DNA from: a virus
Taxonomy: Duplodnaviria > Heunggongvirae > Uroviricota > Caudoviricetes
DNA: 15,838 nucleotides
IMG/VR virus record: IMGVR_UViG_2724679293_000012
Reading direction: 5' to 3' (one strand)
The position numbers and the translations under genes were made by a program. Below are positions 1-6,457 of the stretch, piece after piece. Positions within the stretch are counted from its first letter, which is position 1. Each line of letters begins with the position of its first letter. The notes under the pieces are model-generated. The model searched no databases and had not been told where the DNA came from. It saw nothing but the letters and a program-made list of their open reading frames with translations.

Positions 1-123
1 AAGACCTGGAAGGGACCGGCAATCAGCTACATCGGGCGCGATGAACTTGAGGCATGTGGTGAGGCCTTTCTGGCGCAGGTTCGCCAGCAGGCGGAAAAAC
101 TGGTCAGGGAGATGGCGGCATGA
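1..123 (+). CDS. 3' end of an upstream phage gene of unknown function (5'-truncated by the window edge)
   Basis: Frame starting at position 1 is open for 40 codons (KTWKGPAISYIGRDELEACGEAFLAQVRQQAEKLVREMAA) and stops at TGA 121-123, overlapping the next ATG (ATGA). The six-frame ORF 41..388 is in another frame and looks spurious. Confidence 0.4.
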   Translation, partial: KTWKGPAISYIGRDELEACGEAFLAQVRQQAEKLVREMAA

Positions 124-446
124 CGACGTTAACTCAATGCCAGCAGCAGGTGCTGGATATGCTGATTTCTTACCAGAAAGAGCGTGGCTTTCCGCCAACC
201 AATCAGGAGGTGGCAACCATGCTGGGATATCGTTCAGTGAATGCAGCGGTGGAGCATCTTCGCGCACTGGAGAAAAAAGGCGTCATCACGATAAAGCGTG
301 GTGTGGCCCGGGGGATAACGCTTCATACCGCGGTGAAGGACGACGACAGCGAGGCGGTCGGGATTATCCGCTCACTGCTTGCCGGTGAGGAAAACGCCAG
401 GCTGCGTGCAGCCCACTGGTTACATGAGAGGGGTCTGAAAGTATGA
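120..446 (+). CDS. LexA N-terminal-like winged-helix DNA-binding protein (no peptidase domain)
   Basis: 108 aa; N-terminus MTTLTQCQQQVLDMLISYQKERGFPPTNQEVATMLGYRSVNAAVEHLRALEKKGVI matches the LexA DNA-binding domain pattern. Too short to carry the S24 peptidase domain. Start overlaps the upstream stop; stop overlaps the rusA start (ATGA at 443-446). Confidence 0.7.
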   Translation: MTTLTQCQQQVLDMLISYQKERGFPPTNQEVATMLGYRSVNAAVEHLRALEKKGVITIKRGVARGITLHTAVKDDDSEAVGIIRSLLAGEENARLRAAHWLHERGLKV

Positions 447-832
447 AGCTGATTCTGCCTTTCCCGCCCAGCGTGAACACGTACTGGCGACACCCCAACA
501 AAGGGGCGTTTGCAGGTAAGAGCCTGATAAGCGCGGCGGGGCGCAAATTCCAGAGCGCGGCGTGTGCAGCAATAGTTGAGCAGTTACGTCGTCTGCCAAA
601 ACCAACGTCGGCACCTGCTTCAGTGGAGATCGTGTTGTTTCCTCCGGATAACCGGATCCGCGATCTGGACAACTATAACAAGGCGCTGTTTGACGCCCTG
701 ACCCACGCGGGTGTGTGGGAAGACGACAGTCAGGTGAAAAGAATGCTGGTGGAGTGGGGACCGGTTATCCCGGAAGGGAAGGTCGAGATCACTATCAGTA
801 AGTACGAGAAAACGGCGGGTGCAGCCGCCTGA
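443..832 (+). CDS. rusA: Crossover junction endodeoxyribonuclease RusA (Holliday junction resolvase)
   Basis: 129 aa; conserved RusA pattern (LPFPPSVNTYWRH, DNRIRDLDNYNKALFDALTHAGVWEDDSQV) alignable with E. coli RusA; usual position in the lambdoid nin region upstream of Q. Confidence 0.85.
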   Translation: MKLILPFPPSVNTYWRHPNKGAFAGKSLISAAGRKFQSAACAAIVEQLRRLPKPTSAPASVEIVLFPPDNRIRDLDNYNKALFDALTHAGVWEDDSQVKRMLVEWGPVIPEGKVEITISKYEKTAGAAA

Positions 833-851
833 TTAAGAGGAGAAACGAAGT

Positions 852-1649
852 ATGAATAATCTGATGGTCATTGATGGTATTGAAGTTCGTCGTGATGCTT
901 ATGGTCGTTACAGCCTGAACGATCTGCACAGGGCTGCCGGTTCTCTGGATAAGCATAAGCCTGCATTCTGGCTCCGCAATGAGCAAACTGAGCGTTTAAT
1001 AAGCGAGTTGCAGATTTGCAACTCGGTCAATATAGAGCCAGTTAACGTTATTCGTGGCGGAAATAACCAGGGGACGTATGTCTGCAAAGAACTGGTGTAT
1101 GCCTATGCAATGTGGATCAGCCCGTCATTCCATCTGAAGGTGATCCGTACTTTCGACATGGTAACCAGCGCACCGGAAAAATTATCCGAACAGGCTGCTG
1201 ACAAGATGCAGGCTGGTGTGATTCTGCTGGACTTTATGCGCCGGGAGTTAAATCTGTCTAACTCTTCAGTGCTTGGAGCCTGTCAGAAACTTCAGGAGGC
1301 TGTTGGCTTACCGAATCTGGCACCGCGCTATGCCATTGATGCTCCTGCTGATGCGCCTGATGGCTCAAGCCGCCCCACGCTGTCGCTGAGTGCACTGCTG
1401 AAACAGTATGGTATCCGCCTGACGGCTAATCAGGCATATCACCAGATGGTGAAGCTGGGGATCGTTGAACAACGCGAACGATACAGCCGTACCGCGATTA
1501 ACAACATCAAAAAATTCTGGTCGCTGACGGCGAAAGGCTGCATGTTCGGCAAGAACATCACCAGTCCTGCAAATCCACGCGAGACGCAGCCGCATTTCTT
1601 CGAATCCCGATTCCCTGAGCTGTTAAAGCTGCTCGATACCGTTCATTGA
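852..1649 (+). CDS. KilA-N domain DNA-binding protein (Roi-like)
   Basis: 265 aa; N-terminus MNNLMVIDGIEVRRDAYGRYSLNDLHRAAG fits the KilA-N fold signature. Good SD (AAGAGGAG) upstream. Position between rusA and Q matches roi-type genes of lambdoid phages. Confidence 0.7.
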   Translation: MNNLMVIDGIEVRRDAYGRYSLNDLHRAAGSLDKHKPAFWLRNEQTERLISELQICNSVNIEPVNVIRGGNNQGTYVCKELVYAYAMWISPSFHLKVIRTFDMVTSAPEKLSEQAADKMQAGVILLDFMRRELNLSNSSVLGACQKLQEAVGLPNLAPRYAIDAPADAPDGSSRPTLSLSALLKQYGIRLTANQAYHQMVKLGIVEQRERYSRTAINNIKKFWSLTAKGCMFGKNITSPANPRETQPHFFESRFPELLKLLDTVH

Positions 1650-1650
1650 G

Positions 1651-2646
1651 GTGACCGTGAGAGCACTACTGACCCCTGAAATTGCCCCGCGTATGGGGAT
1701 CGTATTGTTCAGGCCAGGTTCAGAGCTGATGCCCTTGTTTATGCAGGGGCGTGTCCTGCTGGAGCCTGAGCCGGAACGTTATTCATCTTTCGCCAGTGGT
1801 GCCGTTCCGGCGGCATCACAACCGCTGGCGGATGATCCTGTCGTTCGGGCCGTGTTCCGCAATGAGGCAGTGATCCGTCGTGCTGGTGGCGTGGAATGCC
1901 TTGAAAGCTGGTTACTTCGTGAAAAGGGCTGTCAGTGGCCTCATTCCGACTGGCACAGCGAGAACATGACCACAATGCGACACGCGCCGGGCGCAATCCG
2001 TCTGTGCTGGCACTGCGATAACCAGCTGCGTGATCAGTTCACGGAACGGCTGGAGTCAATGGCAACGGATAACTGTGCCCGCTGGGTGTTGTCTGTCGTG
2101 CGTCGGGATCTCGGTTTTGATGACAGTCACGTTGTGACAATGCCGGAACTGTGCTGGTGGCTGATTCGTAATGATCTGGCGGATGCCTTACCGGAAAGTG
2201 CAGCCCGTAAGGCACTGAGATTACCGAAGCCTGTTGTGCCGTCTGTCACCCGGGAAAGTGACCTTGTGCCTTCGGTTCCTGCCACCAGCATCATCCAGGA
2301 TAAGGCAAAAAAGGTGCTGGCGCTGAAAGTGGATCCGGAGTCGCCGGAGTCTTTTATGTTACGCCCAAAACGTCGCCGCTGGGTTAATGAAAAGTACACG
2401 CGATGGGTTAAGACGCAGCCGTGCGCATGTTGTGGAAAACCTGCTGATGATCCCCACCACCTGATAGGTCACGGTCAGGGTGGAATGGCTACAAAAGCGC
2501 ATGACCTCTTTGTGTTGCCTTTGTGCAGAAAGCATCACGACGAGCTGCATGCGGATACCGTGGCATTTGAAGAGAAGTATGGCTCCCAGCTGGAGCTGAT
2601 ATTTCGTTTTATCGATCGTGCACTGGCAATTGGCGTGCTGGCCTGA
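1651..2646 (+). CDS. DUF968-family protein (YdfU-like), Cys/His-rich C-terminus
   Basis: 331 aa ORF immediately upstream of Q, as ydfU lies next to the Q homolog in the E. coli Qin prophage. C-terminal motif CACCGKPADDPHHLIGHGQGG...LCRKHHDELH. Track start is GTG at 1651; the real start may be an internal ATG (1693 or 1729). Confidence 0.65.
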   Translation: MTVRALLTPEIAPRMGIVLFRPGSELMPLFMQGRVLLEPEPERYSSFASGAVPAASQPLADDPVVRAVFRNEAVIRRAGGVECLESWLLREKGCQWPHSDWHSENMTTMRHAPGAIRLCWHCDNQLRDQFTERLESMATDNCARWVLSVVRRDLGFDDSHVVTMPELCWWLIRNDLADALPESAARKALRLPKPVVPSVTRESDLVPSVPATSIIQDKAKKVLALKVDPESPESFMLRPKRRRWVNEKYTRWVKTQPCACCGKPADDPHHLIGHGQGGMATKAHDLFVLPLCRKHHDELHADTVAFEEKYGSQLELIFRFIDRALAIGVLA

Positions 2647-2663
2647 TTTTGTGGAGAAAGTTG

Positions 2664-3005
2664 ATGCGTGATATGTATGAAGTATTGGACCGCTGGGGTG
2701 CATGGGCTGCAGCAGATAACAGTGGTGTGGACTGGCAGCCTGTTGCTGCAGGGTTTAAAGGTTTACTACCTCATGGAAAGAAAACACGCCAACAATGCGA
2801 TGATGATGAAGGAATCATGATTGACAGCTGTGTTGCGCGATTGCGGAAATATAAGCCCGAAGAGTATGAGTTGGTTATTGCTCATTTTGTTATCGGCATC
2901 TCACTAAGAACTATTGCAAAGAAGCAGAAGTGTTCTGATGGGACAATAAGAAAAGAGTTGCAAACAGCTCTTGGTTTTCTGGATGGTGTGCTTTCAATGT
3001 TGTAA
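2664..3005 (+). CDS. Late-gene antitermination protein Q (phage 82/21-type Q family)
   Basis: Conserved N-terminal motif MRDMYEVLDRWGAWAA and overall resemblance to QuuD-type Q proteins of E. coli prophages. ATG at 2664 has a GGAG SD 8 nt upstream; the track ORF begins at an upstream TTG (2649). Confidence 0.85.
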   Translation: MRDMYEVLDRWGAWAAADNSGVDWQPVAAGFKGLLPHGKKTRQQCDDDEGIMIDSCVARLRKYKPEEYELVIAHFVIGISLRTIAKKQKCSDGTIRKELQTALGFLDGVLSML

Positions 3006-3010
3006 TATTA

Positions 3011-3037
3011 GGGGGAATTACCCCCCTTTTTTTCTCT
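3011..3037 (+). terminator. Rho-independent terminator just after Q (hairpin GGGGGAATTACCCCCC plus T-run)
   Basis: Near-perfect GC hairpin followed by TTTTTTT on the + strand, 6 nt after the Q stop. The hairpin also contains the stop codon of the convergent minus-strand gene 3018..3566. Confidence 0.6.
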
Positions 3038-3566
3038 GTTGCTTTAATAAAATTTTAATATTTTGTCTGATTATGATGAGGCAATGTAATAAAAGAAATA
3101 CCGTTAGTATTGCAAGCCATACGCAAAATAAGCATGCATATAAATTAGTTGAAAGTCCAATAGTGAATTGTGCAATTGCTGTTGTGATAGAACATAATAT
3201 TGATGTATTAATAAATGAGGATAAATTGTCTAAAGGTTTATAAAGTACACTATCATTGATTTTGTCAATAGGTATACCAGTGGCAATGCTATAAATTTCC
3301 TTATATTCCTGAGTTGCAAAAACCTTATCGCGTAAATTTATTATGACAAAGGTATGCAGGCTCAATAAAAATGAGCCCACGGAAATAAAACCGGAGAAGA
3401 GATAGCCTCGTAAGTTTTTATGATAAAACTCAAAAAAGTTAACACTTACTTTAGGTGTGTTTCTGTACAATAGGTAAAGTGCAAGCAATGCCAGGATCGA
3501 GAATGCAAGCAGTGTAAGGTACTGATACCTCAATCTTTTATTTATTAGCCATTCATATAAAGGCAT
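3018..3566 (-). CDS. Small four-helix membrane protein of unknown function (candidate membrane effector of a two-gene cassette)
   Basis: 182 aa; four hydrophobic helices (about residues 15-34, 53-76, 116-140, 141-165) and a basic tail RQNIKILLKQQRKKGG. Strongly AT-rich, Asn/Ile/Lys/Leu-rich composition unlike the flanking phage genes. Second gene of a minus-strand pair. Confidence 0.6.
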   Translation of the reverse strand: MPLYEWLINKRLRYQYLTLLAFSILALLALYLLYRNTPKVSVNFFEFYHKNLRGYLFSGFISVGSFLLSLHTFVIINLRDKVFATQEYKEIYSIATGIPIDKINDSVLYKPLDNLSSFINTSILCSITTAIAQFTIGLSTNLYACLFCVWLAILTVFLLLHCLIIIRQNIKILLKQQRKKGG

Positions 3567-3662
3567 TTTTATTCGTCCCGTTCAGCATTTCTTCTTTTAT
3601 CATATCAAAAACAGGGTTTGTTGTATAATTATCGTTTGTCAATCCATTGACTTTATCGGCAA

Positions 3663-4478
3663 TTATATCGAAATCGTATGTTTCAAAAAAACAGGGCAGT
3701 TCATAAAATCAATGGTTTTTTCTATTCCTGCATGGTTTACTGCAATAACCTGTGCTTTAGCAACTCCACTCATAGAATTATAAATATTTGAAAGATTCTG
3801 AGATAGTTGTTGCACTTTTGTTCTGTCGCTAGAATTAAAATTCATATCTATTGTGGTGGTGTTAACAAATTGTTCAAGCGCAGTCATTGGTCCACCTTTA
3901 AAATCTATATAATTAAATTTAAAGCTTGTGCTTTTAATCTCTTTGAATTGACATAAAACACTCTGAATGTTGTTTTTATTTGTCATAAGGCTGAAAGTCA
4001 GTCTTTCTTTGTATTTTTTATTTATTGCAGTTACTTCTTTTTGTTTTGGTTTATCACCAAGTTTTTTTATTTCTTCTTTATTTTGATTTCTGATAAATTC
4101 ATTACTTATTGTTTCTAAATGAGAAAAGAGAGTGTTCAGACTGCATGAACCGTGGTGATACATATAGAGACCAGAAAGATTAGATTTTTTAATTAAGAAA
4201 AAGTTGAAATTAGCAAGTTTGTCACTTCCTTGAAGATCTTCAATTTTAAGCTGGAATTTACCATCAACAAATTGCGACTTACAGTTCTTTTTTTGGTTTC
4301 TGAATGTGACAACTAATCCATAATAGAAATCATTCACATCCGAAATGAGAATTTTACGAGTATAGTCTGTGCGACTGTGTTCTCTGTTTGATGCGTTGAT
4401 AAAAGCATTCATTACGTCAACGGTATTAATATTTTTGTTATTGTTATTTATTGTAAATCCTATGCTTCTAACTTTCAT
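3663..4478 (-). CDS. Hypothetical soluble protein, AT-rich foreign gene (first gene of a two-gene cassette)
   Basis: 271 aa ORF, Asn/Lys/Ile-rich, no transmembrane segments and no motif I recognise (no clear Walker, nucleotidyltransferase GS..DxD or HEPN Rx4-6H). Same strand as the membrane gene with a 96 bp gap. Confidence 0.6.
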   Translation of the reverse strand: MKVRSIGFTINNNNKNINTVDVMNAFINASNREHSRTDYTRKILISDVNDFYYGLVVTFRNQKKNCKSQFVDGKFQLKIEDLQGSDKLANFNFFLIKKSNLSGLYMYHHGSCSLNTLFSHLETISNEFIRNQNKEEIKKLGDKPKQKEVTAINKKYKERLTFSLMTNKNNIQSVLCQFKEIKSTSFKFNYIDFKGGPMTALEQFVNTTTIDMNFNSSDRTKVQQLSQNLSNIYNSMSGVAKAQVIAVNHAGIEKTIDFMNCPVFLKHTISI

Positions 4479-4744
4479 GTGTATTCCAGGACCGACTAAA
4501 GATAGCGAGAATGGGGACGCATAGTTTATAAAAATCCTAACGCGTACGCAAAAAGTATTATATCGTGTTAAGAGTGGTTACTTCGCCACACAACTTAAAC
4601 CCGCCGCTGAGCGGTTTTTTGTACCTGTAAACCTTGTGCAGTACAGTAAACACGCTGGTGGTCGTGAATACTGGCTTTTTATCTTGCTGGCTTTTTAGAC
4701 AAGAGTTATTGGTATGTCACGTTAACCGGAAAGGGTAAAAAGAC

Positions 4745-4942
4745 ATGCTGAAACAGCAGGATATGACAGAAACCGCCAGAGTTGTGTTTGATGAATTAAG
4801 CGTTACCGAACCGGCGACAGTCGGGGAGATTGCGCAGAATACTTACCTTTCACGCGAACGCTGCCAGTTAATACTGACCCAGCTTGTTATGGCGGGTCTG
4901 GCAGACTATCAGTGCGGTTGTTACAGACGCCTTCAGTCCTGA
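4745..4942 (+). CDS. Small winged-helix regulator, FaeA/PapI-like
   Basis: 65 aa; pattern TVGEIAQNTYLSRERCQLILTQLVMAGL resembles the PapI/FaeA wHTH core. ATG at 4745 with a purine-rich SD. Divergent from the minus-strand cassette across a ~265 bp intergenic region. Confidence 0.5.
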   Translation: MLKQQDMTETARVVFDELSVTEPATVGEIAQNTYLSRERCQLILTQLVMAGLADYQCGCYRRLQS

Positions 4943-5075
4943 AGGCTTTTTATTTGTGGTGAATGGGCGGCTGGTGGGGGGCGACACCTGTCAGTCCTTT
5001 GCTTATGTGTTGATGATAATTTACCTTTTGGGGCTATAATTGAGCTAACCAATTGCTAATGAAAGTAAAATTATA

Positions 5076-5647
5076 ATGGCTGTTGTCTGTTCAGTTATCA
5101 TGGTTTGCTCCCCAATTAATATTTTTCTTGAAAAGGATACGTTGTCACTTAAGCCAGGCTCAGTTGTTCTGGCCACCAAATGCATCAGGGAGCTTTTCCT
5201 TATGCATTATGGCAAAGTTAAAATTGTNNNNNNNNNGAGGCCACGGATATGTTTCTTATGATGGCCTGCCTGTCTCTGTTTGAAACAGATGAACGGATGT
5301 CATTGTTTTTAAGTGGATGTTTATCCAGCATAAGTGTCAAAGTCAGGGCGATAATTCAGACAGATATATCAGCAAGCTGGACGCTTGGTGCGATTGCTCT
5401 ACAGTTGCATATGAGTGAGAGTTTGTTAAAGACAAAACTGAAAAATGAAGGGGGCATGTTCAGTCGCTTGTTGCTGGAAGAGCGGATGCGTGTTGCTGTA
5501 AATATGTTATGTTCCCGGTATGGATATGGACAGGCTGTAGCAGAAAAATGCGGTTATTCAAGCAGGTCCTACTTTATTTCTGTATTTCACCGCTATTATG
5601 GCTTCCCGCCAGACAGATATGTATCCAGGCAAGGGCTTGATTATTGA
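5076..5647 (+). CDS. AraC-family transcriptional regulator (Rns/CfaD/PerA-like), interrupted by an assembly gap
   Basis: C-terminal part (frame of 5249..5647) has a classic AraC HTH: SWTLGAIALQLHMSESLLKTKLKNEGGMFSRLLLEERMRVAVNMLCSRYGYGQAVAEKCGYSSRSYFISVFHRYYGFPP. N-terminal part (5076..5227, other frame) has ELFLMHYGKVKI, alignable with the Rns N-domain. The halves are separated by NNNNNNNNN, so length and frame across the gap are unknown. TATAAT at 5035-5040 upstream. Confidence 0.7.
5228..5236. other. Run of 9 N (assembly gap of unknown true length) inside the AraC-like gene
   Basis: Literal n characters in the sequence; reading frame differs on the two sides. Confidence 0.95.
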
Positions 5648-5675
5648 TTTTCATCTGATTATTATTTTTTGGCTC

Positions 5676-5751
5676 GGCCCTTTAGCTCAGTGGTGAGAGC
5701 GAGCGACTCATAATCGCCAGGTCGCTGGTTCAAATCCAGCAAGGGCCACCA
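5676..5751 (+). tRNA. ileZ: tRNA with CAU anticodon, tRNA-Ile2 (lysidine) type
   Basis: Cloverleaf folded by hand: acceptor GGCCCTT/AAGGGCC, D-arm GCTC..GAGC, anticodon loop CTCATAA, T-loop TTCAAAT, terminal CCA. Closely resembles E. coli ileX from memory. Confidence 0.85.
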
Positions 5752-5760
5752 TATCAGATA

Positions 5761-5837
5761 CCGCCATTAGCTCATCGGGACAGAGCGCCAGCCTTCGAAG
5801 CTGGCTGCGCGGGGTTCGGGTCCCCGATGGCGGTCCA
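5761..5837 (+). tRNA. argN: tRNA-Arg, anticodon read as UCG
   Basis: Cloverleaf: acceptor CCGCCAT/ATGGCGG, anticodon stem CCAGC/GCTGG with loop CTTCGAA, T-loop TTCGGGT, terminal CCA. Second member of the tRNA triplet. Confidence 0.8.
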
Positions 5838-5850
5838 TTATTGGTATTCA

Positions 5851-5927
5851 GCGTTGTTAGCTCAGCCGGACAGAGCAATTGCCTTCTAAGCAATCGGTCA
5901 CTGGTCCGAATCCAGTACAACGCGCCA
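5851..5927 (+). tRNA. argO: tRNA-Arg, anticodon UCU (reads rare AGA)
   Basis: Cloverleaf: acceptor GCGTTGT/ACAACGC, anticodon stem ATTGC/GCAAT with loop CTTCTAA (as in E. coli argU), T-arm ACTGG/CCAGT, terminal CCA. Confidence 0.85.
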
Positions 5928-6213
5928 CACCACACTTATCTGCCCTGACTCTCTTTTTCGGGCTTTTTATTACAGGAAAGACACCGGGCAGTGAAATGTT
6001 AAATGCCTCACAATTCAGGCAGTTGACTGTTGCCTGACATGCTGAGCGTTTGTTAAAAAAATCCTGCATGATGAATCCCCCTGGGCGGCGGGGCATAATG
6101 ACAGATGTTTGGTTGCGTATTGTATAGGCAAGTTGCGGATTCTGTCTGGTCATTGCAGAATTCACCGGGAGGCACCCGGCATCATGCTGTATACAGAGAT
6201 TAGGCATATATCC

Positions 6214-6240
6214 AGGCTCCTCATCGCAGGAGCCTTTTTA
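6214..6240 (+). terminator. Rho-independent terminator downstream of the tRNA cluster
   Basis: 8 bp stem AGGCTCCT/AGGAGCCT, loop CATCGC, followed by TTTTTA. Confidence 0.55.
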
Positions 6241-6245
6241 CATGC

Positions 6246-6270
6246 AAAAAAAGCCCGAGTAGGTTCGGGC
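6246..6270 (-). terminator. Minus-strand rho-independent terminator (convergent with the previous one)
   Basis: Hairpin GCCCGA-GTAGGT-TCGGGC preceded on the + strand by AAAAAAA, i.e. hairpin plus U7 on the minus strand. Confidence 0.5.
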
Positions 6271-6330
6271 AACAGCATGAGATACTTGCATTGTCATTTT
6301 TATCGTGTGGATTTTAACCAGGGTTTATAA

Positions 6331-6357
6331 GGCTGCGCAACTGCGCGGCCTTTTTCG
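6331..6357 (+). terminator. Rho-independent terminator upstream of the esterase gene
   Basis: GC-rich hairpin GGCTGCGC-AACT-GCGCGGCC followed by TTTTTCG. Confidence 0.55.
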
Positions 6358-6457
6358 TATTGCGGGCTGTAGTCTTCCTTCTGTCATTGTCCTGTAACTT
6401 CCGGACTTCAGCCCGCCCCTTATCTGACTCACAACATTATCCCGGCCGGGAGGATTC

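Noticed and set aside
41-388. 115-aa ORF on + strand overlapping the LexA-like gene
   Set aside because: Alternative frame of a region better explained by the upstream gene end (frame 1) and the LexA-N-like gene; Arg/Gly-rich low-complexity translation typical of an off-frame reading.
364-986. Minus-strand ORFs 364..672, 420..614, 795..986
   Set aside because: Antisense to rusA and neighbours with no start context; shadow ORFs of the GC-rich coding strand.
1365-2703. Minus-strand ORFs inside the KilA-N and DUF968 genes (1365..1595, 1739..1996, 2127..2399, 2359..2703)
   Set aside because: Antisense shadow ORFs; the + strand genes have recognisable domains and continuous operon structure.
2971-3243. 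90-aa + strand ORF overlapping the end of Q and the minus-strand membrane gene
   Set aside because: Cys/Phe-rich translation of the antisense of an AT-rich gene; the minus-strand membrane protein is the more plausible reading.
5708-6207. Minus-strand ORFs 5708..5935 and 5857..6207
   Set aside because: They run through the three tRNA genes; the cloverleaf structures explain the sequence.
5928-6457. Possible stx toxin genes or remnants between the tRNAs and nanS-p
   Set aside because: No ORF of StxA/StxB size or character; only short ORFs (e.g. 6109..6330) and terminator hairpins. I could not recognise stx sequence by eye; a BLAST would be decisive.
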